Below are positions 58,505-64,000 of a DNA stretch of 64,000 nucleotides, piece by piece. The stretch is from Bryobacterales bacterium. Lineage in GTDB: Bacteria; Acidobacteriota; Terriglobia; Bryobacterales; UBA6623. A program made the position numbers and the translations under genes. Each line of letters starts with the position of its first letter. Within the stretch, counting starts at the first letter, position 1. Under the pieces are notes generated by a model. The model was given only the letters and a program-made list of their open reading frames with translations, was not told the DNA's origin and did no database searches. The stretch lies in contig CBDEST010000005.1 of assembly GCA_965242625.1 (NCBI GenBank), positions 4,467,767 through 4,531,766 on the forward strand, read 5' to 3'.

Positions 58505-60415
58505 ATGCGCGATTTGGTTCAGCACTTCTTGAGCGGCAAGCTCACCCGTCGCAGCGTCTTCGATCGTCTCGTTGCGCTGGGTTTCACCGCTGCTGCGGCC
58601 GAGTCCCTGATTCGGCCCATGGAGGCCGCTGACGCCGTTCTCGGACACGAGGGCGACGGCGCGACACGCGTGGCGGGGACAGGCGGCGATGTTGTCGTCG
58701 AGCAGATGAAGGCGGCGGGCGCCGAATTCCTGTTCACGAATCCGGGGTCGTTCGAGGTCGGCTTCTTCGACGCGTTCTTGGACCAGCCGGGGATGCAACT
58801 GATCCTCGGGTTGCACGAGGGTCTCGTGGTGTCGATGGCAGACGGCTACTACCGGGCGAGTCGCAAGCCAGCCTTCCTGAACCTGCACGTCATCGCCGGC
58901 ACGGCGCAAGCCGCGGGCCAGATGTACAACGCGGCCAAGGACGGATCCGCGCTGATCGTGACGGCCGGCCTCAACGACAACGAGATGTGGAGCGACGAGG
59001 CGGTTCTCGCACCGAGTCCCGGGTACGACCAGAAAGAGATCAATCGGCAGTTCACCAAGATTTCTTGGGAAGCCCGCGAGCCGCGGTCACTGGCCCTGAT
59101 GCTCCGGCGGGCCTACAAGACCGCGACCGCTGCTCCGGGTGGGCCGGTCTACTTGGCGATGGCGCATCACGCGCTCGAAGCGAAGGGCGTCGAAGCCGAC
59201 ATCTACCCGGGAACGCGGTTCTTGAAGCGGGCTCGCCCGCGGCCATCCCGGGACGGCGTCGAGCGAGCGGCCCGCATGCTCGTCGAGGCGCGGAACCCCA
59301 CGCTCGTGGTGGGGGACGAAGTCTGGAAGTCGGGTGCGCAGGACGACCTGTTGCGGCTCTCGGAAATGCTGGGATTGCCGGTGACGAACAACGGCCAAGG
59401 CCATGCCAACTTCCCCACCCATCATCCCCACTACGGCGGGCGCTTCCGGATGACTTCCGGGGCCTCGGACGGTCCGATTGACCTCGTGCTGATGCTCGGG
59501 GCCGAGGACTTTGGCGGGCGCGTGGTGCCGTCCGGTCCTGAAGCGCCGACCAAGGCGAAGTTCGTTCGTCTAGGCATGGACGCGGGGAACATGGGCCGCA
59601 ACTATCCCATCGACGAGCCTTTAGTGGCCGATGCTCGCGAGGGGATTCGGGACCTGCTCGCCGCTGTTGAATCGCTTACCACCGCGGATCGCAGGAAGCA
59701 GATGGCGCAATCGCGCGCTGCGCGGCTCGCGGAGCGCTTCGAAGACCGCATGCGCAAGTCGCAGGCGGCCGCTCGCGCCAACGCAGGCCGCACGCCGATC
59801 CATCCGGACGAGCTCGGCGCGGCCCTGGCGCGGGGTGTCGGCGAGCGATCAATCCTTGTCGGGGAGAACCTGACCGCGAATCACGATCATGTCCCGATGG
59901 GACACCGCGACAACGAAGTCCAGTGGATCACGGCCTCCGGATTCGGCCTCGGTTGGGGCATCGGTGCTGCGACCGGCGTCAAGCTGGCCGCGCGCGATCA
60001 AGAAGTCGTGTGCTCGATCGGCGACGGCGCGCTGATGTACAGCTCCGCCGGATTCTGGACCCAAGCTCGGTACGAAGTGCCCGTGCTGACCGTGGTCTCG
60101 AACAATCGCAACTACCAGACCGTTCGCCACGCGTATCACCGCTACAAGGGCAAGATGGTGGATCGGAACCGGTATACGGGCATGTATCTCGGTGACCCCG
60201 ATATCGACTTCGTGAAGCTCGCGGAGTCCCAGGGCGTCTCCGGCGAGCGGGTGCAGCACGGCAGCCAGCTGGACGCCGCGTTCGCCCGTGGCCGGAAGTC
60301 GTTGAGGGACGGACGTCCCTACCTGATCGATGTCGACGTGGCTCGCATCGGCGGCGGTGCCGACTCGACGTGGCATCAGGAGTACAGCGCGGCGGAGCGC
60401 GCGCGGAAGGCCTGA
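58505..60415 (+). CDS. thiamine pyrophosphate-dependent enzyme (acetolactate synthase / benzoylformate decarboxylase-like) with a Tat-like N-terminal extension
   Basis: The ORF track starts at TTG 58487. I prefer ATG 58505, which lies 7 nt after AGGAGG (58492-58497). The TPP-enzyme N-domain begins at ..GGDVVVEQMKAAGAEFLFTNPGS. The TPP-binding region is GDGALMYS..VSNNRNY. The first ~50 aa contain TRRSVFDRLVALGFTAAAA. Confidence 0.85.
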   Translation: MRDLVQHFLSGKLTRRSVFDRLVALGFTAAAAESLIRPMEAADAVLGHEGDGATRVAGTGGDVVVEQMKAAGAEFLFTNPGSFEVGFFDAFLDQPGMQLILGLHEGLVVSMADGYYRASRKPAFLNLHVIAGTAQAAGQMYNAAKDGSALIVTAGLNDNEMWSDEAVLAPSPGYDQKEINRQFTKISWEAREPRSLALMLRRAYKTATAAPGGPVYLAMAHHALEAKGVEADIYPGTRFLKRARPRPSRDGVERAARMLVEARNPTLVVGDEVWKSGAQDDLLRLSEMLGLPVTNNGQGHANFPTHHPHYGGRFRMTSGASDGPIDLVLMLGAEDFGGRVVPSGPEAPTKAKFVRLGMDAGNMGRNYPIDEPLVADAREGIRDLLAAVESLTTADRRKQMAQSRAARLAERFEDRMRKSQAAARANAGRTPIHPDELGAALARGVGERSILVGENLTANHDHVPMGHRDNEVQWITASGFGLGWGIGAATGVKLAARDQEVVCSIGDGALMYSSAGFWTQARYEVPVLTVVSNNRNYQTVRHAYHRYKGKMVDRNRYTGMYLGDPDIDFVKLAESQGVSGERVQHGSQLDAAFARGRKSLRDGRPYLIDVDVARIGGGADSTWHQEYSAAERARKA

Positions 60416-60418
60416 ATC

Positions 60419-60444
60419 CGCGCGTCTCGGCGCGTTACTAATTC
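60419..60444 (+). terminator. weak intrinsic-terminator-like hairpin after the TPP-enzyme gene
   Basis: CGCGC (60419-60423) pairs with GCGCG (60430-60434) around a 6-nt loop, followed by TTACTAATT. It starts 4 nt after the stop codon. The stem is short and the tail only moderately T-rich. Confidence 0.25.
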
Positions 60445-60460
60445 TCGGGACTGGGGCCTA

Positions 60461-62032
60461 CTATTTCCAACCGCCGACCATCTGCTCGATTGCGGCTCGG
60501 TCGTAACGGCCCCATGGAACGTAGTCTTGGTTGGCCAGCATGTCGTCCATGCTGTAGGGTCCCGATTCGATACCGCTCTCCGGCACCTCGGCTCCCGCGA
60601 TCCATGCGATGGCGTTCAGGACCAACTTGCGATAGCTAGGATGCGCCCAATTCCAGTGGACATGCCCGCCCGTGAATCCGAAACCGCGCCTGCCGCGCGG
60701 TCGCTCGCTGGCCCACATTAGAGTTTGGAGTTCGCGCCGCTTCACCGCGGCCCGGGCGGATGGATTGCCTGACGCGGGTCCGTCGGGACGGCTCATCGAT
60801 TCCGGCGGCGGGATCGCTTGGAGGATCGGAGTGACTCCCTCCATGCCCGCCCGGAACCGCATGTTGAAATACCATTCATCGTTGATTTCGAACGGTTCGA
60901 CGCCATTCGTTACGGGATGCCCTGTGGCGAGTTTGGGATCCTTGACGGTCCAGTGCGGGTTCACCGACCACCAGCGCTCGAAGTAGCCCCCGATCCAGTC
61001 TAGGAACTTCTGGCCCGGTTCACCTCGCGGCAGTTCCACGGCGAAGTGAATCGCTCCGACGCCAACGCCGCGACCCGCGGCGGCATCGACTTGGCGCAGC
61101 GCCTTGAGCCACGGATGCCCCAAGCCACCGTTGCTGTAAAGCACGACTGCGTCGGCGTTGTCCAAGGCTGTCGGATCCTCGGGATGGCCGTCGAAATAGG
61201 CGGTGGCATGGATCTCGGGGAAGTTCTCTGCGAAGGCGTCCATCAACAGCCTGATTCCCGCGGTGTGCTCGTGGGAGCCGAAACCGTGACTCTTGACGCC
61301 TCCGATGAACACGACCTTCTTGCGGGGTCTCATGCTAAGCCGCCGCAGTTGGATGTTGCGGAACTGCACCGTCATCGGCGGACCGCGGTGGACCTGCAGG
61401 CCGAGCAGTCCGGAATCCGGCGCGTTGGGGTCGTTATCGATCACGTCAACCATTACGTGGCCATTGATCTTGTGGATGTAATGGTTGCCGCGAGCGATGA
61501 CGTGAAAGCTGTTCCATCCGTCCAGCTTGATGCGCTCCTGCAGCGCGGCGGGATCCCCCACGCTGCCGACGACGGTCGGCTTGCCGTCAACGCCGATCTC
61601 GACCTTCTGCCCCCTGCGCGCTAGGATCTTGCGCGAACGCTCCCCGTACAGCCCGCCGGTATGCCGCTCGCCCGCCTCGAAATCGGCTTGGAGGCCGCCC
61701 ATGATGTGGCGTCCCCATTCCTTGGGCTTCTGGAAGGCTCGGTATTGCACGCCCGAGTTGCCTCCGTCGATCTTGTATTCGAAGCGCAGTTCGAAGTCGT
61801 CCAACTCCCCTTGGCGCCAGACGAGGAAGGAGTTCGCCGGGATGGGGTCGTCGGCGCTCGTGCGCGCGGTGATCGCACCGTCTTCCACGCTCCAGAGCTT
61901 GGAGTCGCCGTCCCAGCCCTTCAGGGAAACGCCGTCGAAGATCGAAACGAAGCGCGCGGCCGGCTGGGCCGCGCCGAGCGCGAGGCAGCAGGCGAGAGTC
62001 GCGAGGGCGGTTTTGTTCAGGGTGCGGATCAT
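60461..62032 (-). CDS. secreted two-domain protein: DUF1080 (3-keto-disaccharide hydrolase-like) plus ThuA-like domain
   Basis: Signal peptide MIRTLNKTALATLACCLALGAA. The N-terminal FDGVSLKGWDG..WSVEDGAITA..NSGVQYR..HVIARGNHYIHKINGH pattern is typical of DUF1080. The C-terminal half (KKVVFIGGVKSHG..HEH..VVLYSNGG) is ThuA-like. Confidence 0.8.
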   Translation of the reverse strand: MIRTLNKTALATLACCLALGAAQPAARFVSIFDGVSLKGWDGDSKLWSVEDGAITARTSADDPIPANSFLVWRQGELDDFELRFEYKIDGGNSGVQYRAFQKPKEWGRHIMGGLQADFEAGERHTGGLYGERSRKILARRGQKVEIGVDGKPTVVGSVGDPAALQERIKLDGWNSFHVIARGNHYIHKINGHVMVDVIDNDPNAPDSGLLGLQVHRGPPMTVQFRNIQLRRLSMRPRKKVVFIGGVKSHGFGSHEHTAGIRLLMDAFAENFPEIHATAYFDGHPEDPTALDNADAVVLYSNGGLGHPWLKALRQVDAAAGRGVGVGAIHFAVELPRGEPGQKFLDWIGGYFERWWSVNPHWTVKDPKLATGHPVTNGVEPFEINDEWYFNMRFRAGMEGVTPILQAIPPPESMSRPDGPASGNPSARAAVKRRELQTLMWASERPRGRRGFGFTGGHVHWNWAHPSYRKLVLNAIAWIAGAEVPESGIESGPYSMDDMLANQDYVPWGRYDRAAIEQMVGGWK

Positions 62033-62112
62033 TTTCGTGGGTGTCCTTTGGCATTTCCTAGCGGATGGGTTCGACGAGTAGCGATAGCTTTCCAGCGTGC
62101 GCCCTCAGATCC

Positions 62113-63918
62113 CTACTGCAAGGGGAGTTCGGGTTGGATATCGCGTAGCGAGGGGGCCACTTGGTCATGCTCCTGAGAGTAGGGCAGGGCGAAGACGAAA
62201 GACGAGCCCTTGCCGACTTCGCTGGTTACCCAAACCCGCCCGTTATGCGCCTGGACGAGGTGCTTGACGATCGCAAGGCCGAGCCCTGTGCCGCCAAGTT
62301 CGCGAGAACGGGCCTTGTCGACCCGATAGAAACGCTCGAACAGGCGCGGGATATGCTCCTCGGCGATGCCGAGGCCGGTATCGCGGACGTAGACATGCAG
62401 TTCGGTCTCGCGTTCCAAGACGCCTAGAGTGATGCTGCCGCCCTGACTGGTGTACTTTGCCGCGTTGTCCAGGAGATTGCTCAGGACCTGCTGAACCGCC
62501 GAAGCGTCGCATTCGACCGTGACCTCCTTGCTCACCGGGTCCACCGTCAACTCAAGTTCCCGGCGTTCGACCACCGGCCGGATGCCCTCCGCGGCCAGTC
62601 GCAGGAGTTTCCCTAGCGAATGCCGCTGGAACTCGAACCCGCGAGCGTTCGCCTCGATCTGCGAGAGCGTCAGCAAGTCGGATGTCAATTGCGACAACCT
62701 CTGAGCGTTCTGCCACAGGATGCGGACGAAGCGCTGGTTGTTCAGTGGATCGTGGATCGCTCCGTCCAGCAGCGTTTCCGCGTAGCCGGTGATCGACGCC
62801 AGCGGGGTTCGCAGTTCGTGCGACACGTTGATCACGAAATCCCTTCGCATCTGCTCGACGCGCTCGAGTTCCGTAATGTCGTGGAACACCGCGGCCACCG
62901 CTTGGATCTTGCCCTTCCGGCTCATGATCGGAGCGCACGAGACCCGCCATGACCGATGGACGGGCTCTTGAACCGTGAACTCGGTGGAGCATTGCTTGCT
63001 CTCCTTGATGGCGTCGTCGAAGATCGTCCGGAGCGCCTTGTTGCTCCAGCTGTCGAGCGAAACGCCGGTGCGGACCGGCTCGTCCGGGAACATATGCGTG
63101 ATGGCTGGGTTGAACAGCACGATGTTGCGCCGGCGGTCTGCCACGAGGATGCCCTCGCCGATGCCGTTCACGGTTGCGGCGAAACGCGATCGTTCCTCGT
63201 GCAACTGGTTGAACGTGGACCTCAGCTTGCCCGCAGTGGTTTGCAGACTGCTCGTCAAGTCGTTCAGCTCGCGGAGATCTCCCGGTTTCGGCACGGAGAC
63301 GCTGCTGTCGAAATTCCCGTCGGCGATCTCGTTCGACAGATGGACGATTCGCGACAACTGCCCCGAGATCCTGCGCGCCGCCCAAGCGGTGGCCACGATG
63401 AGCGGCACGACGATCAAAAGGATCACCTTCGTGATGCTGCCCCTGCTGGCCGCGACCATCGCGTTGACCTCCGCGAGCGGCAAGGCGAGACGTACGGCGC
63501 CTCCGCCGTTCATGGGCACCGCGGCGTACAGGAATTCGGTCCCTACGGTGCTGCTGAATCTCCGGCTCACCGCGGTCCGTCCCCGCAGCGATTCGACAAA
63601 TTCGGGACGGCTGGCGTGATTCTCCATTTGCTGTGGATCGGCCTCCGAGTCCGCTAGGACCACCCCGTTGTCATCGATGACCGTGAGCCGGGCCTGTGCT
63701 CGATCCGCGAGATCTTCGACGATGGATTGATAGTCGCCGGGCGGATGCCCCTGTAGCGTGGACTCCGTGAGGCGAGCCTTCTCGAACAACGCCTTTTCCA
63801 AGCCGCTCACCAGATTCCCGACCGAAATGTCCGAAACGAGGATCACGACCGACACGGCTGCGACAGCCAAGGGGAGGATCGTCAGGACCCCCAGCTTCGC
63901 TAGGATGCGAGCCGTCAT
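62113..63918 (-). CDS. sensor histidine kinase (PhoR-like: TM, HAMP, PAS, HisKA, HATPase_c)
   Basis: 601 aa. H-box FVINVSHELRTPLASITGYAETL, N-box LLDNAAKYT, G-boxes DTGLGI and GGTGLGLAIVKH. The start overlaps the stop of the upstream response-regulator gene (ATGA at 63915-63918). Confidence 0.9.
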   Translation of the reverse strand: MTARILAKLGVLTILPLAVAAVSVVILVSDISVGNLVSGLEKALFEKARLTESTLQGHPPGDYQSIVEDLADRAQARLTVIDDNGVVLADSEADPQQMENHASRPEFVESLRGRTAVSRRFSSTVGTEFLYAAVPMNGGGAVRLALPLAEVNAMVAASRGSITKVILLIVVPLIVATAWAARRISGQLSRIVHLSNEIADGNFDSSVSVPKPGDLRELNDLTSSLQTTAGKLRSTFNQLHEERSRFAATVNGIGEGILVADRRRNIVLFNPAITHMFPDEPVRTGVSLDSWSNKALRTIFDDAIKESKQCSTEFTVQEPVHRSWRVSCAPIMSRKGKIQAVAAVFHDITELERVEQMRRDFVINVSHELRTPLASITGYAETLLDGAIHDPLNNQRFVRILWQNAQRLSQLTSDLLTLSQIEANARGFEFQRHSLGKLLRLAAEGIRPVVERRELELTVDPVSKEVTVECDASAVQQVLSNLLDNAAKYTSQGGSITLGVLERETELHVYVRDTGLGIAEEHIPRLFERFYRVDKARSRELGGTGLGLAIVKHLVQAHNGRVWVTSEVGKGSSFVFALPYSQEHDQVAPSLRDIQPELPLQ

Positions 63919-64000
63919 TCGGGAATCTCGAACCGGTAGCCGAATCCGCGCACCGTTTGAATCCAGCGCGGGTGCTTGGGCTCGTCCTCGAGCTGCTCGC
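63915..64000 (-). CDS. OmpR/PhoB-type response regulator, C-terminal end only (continues beyond the window)
   Basis: The reverse-complement translation ends ..EQLEDEPKHPRWIQTVRGFGYRFEIPE*, the characteristic end of the winged-helix output domain. Confidence 0.75.
   Translation of the reverse strand, partial: EQLEDEPKHPRWIQTVRGFGYRFEIPE

Overview
This is a 64-kb, high-GC, densely coding bacterial chromosomal segment. Hand counts on 100-nt samples give about 62-66% GC inside genes. I call about 46 CDS on both strands, many joined by 1-4 nt start/stop overlaps (ATGA, GTGA, TAATG). Gene content suggests an Acidobacteria- or Planctomycetes-like heterotroph (inference only): two Oar-like TonB-dependent receptors with carboxypeptidase-regulatory-like N-termini, a PEGA-domain Ser/Thr kinase, four sulfatases, GH51 and GH88 hydrolases, Tat-signal Gfo/Idh/MocA oxidoreductases, and DUF1080/ThuA and FG-GAP propeller proteins. 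Housekeeping anchors are uvrA, valS, mutS, trxA, mtnA, a class-II fumarase/aspartase and a fused waaA-lpxK gene. By eye I found no rRNA, tRNA, tmRNA, CRISPR array, IS element, integrase or reverse transcriptase. Most of the window looks like ordinary core and accessory metabolism. The best candidate for something undescribed is a compositionally atypical islet at about 4.2-6.0 kb. It holds a lone HNH nuclease gene with an unassignable ~190-aa N-terminal domain, preceded on its own strand by ~780 nt of ORF-free, hairpin-rich DNA. That DNA could be a structured RNA, a long leader or a decayed element; I cannot tell which without tools. Second-tier observations are listed here:
- an iduronate-2-sulfatase-like protein with a Tat signal, a Ser instead of Cys at the formylglycine position and a lost metal-binding Asp
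- the WaaA-LpxK fusion
- a low-GC orphan gene between trxA and mutS
- a GH88/sulfatase/FG-GAP cluster
- a TPP enzyme with a Tat-like N-terminal extension
- a strong hairpin in the leader of an alanine/glycine symporter gene
All calls come from reading the translations and sequence. No database search or RNA folding was run.
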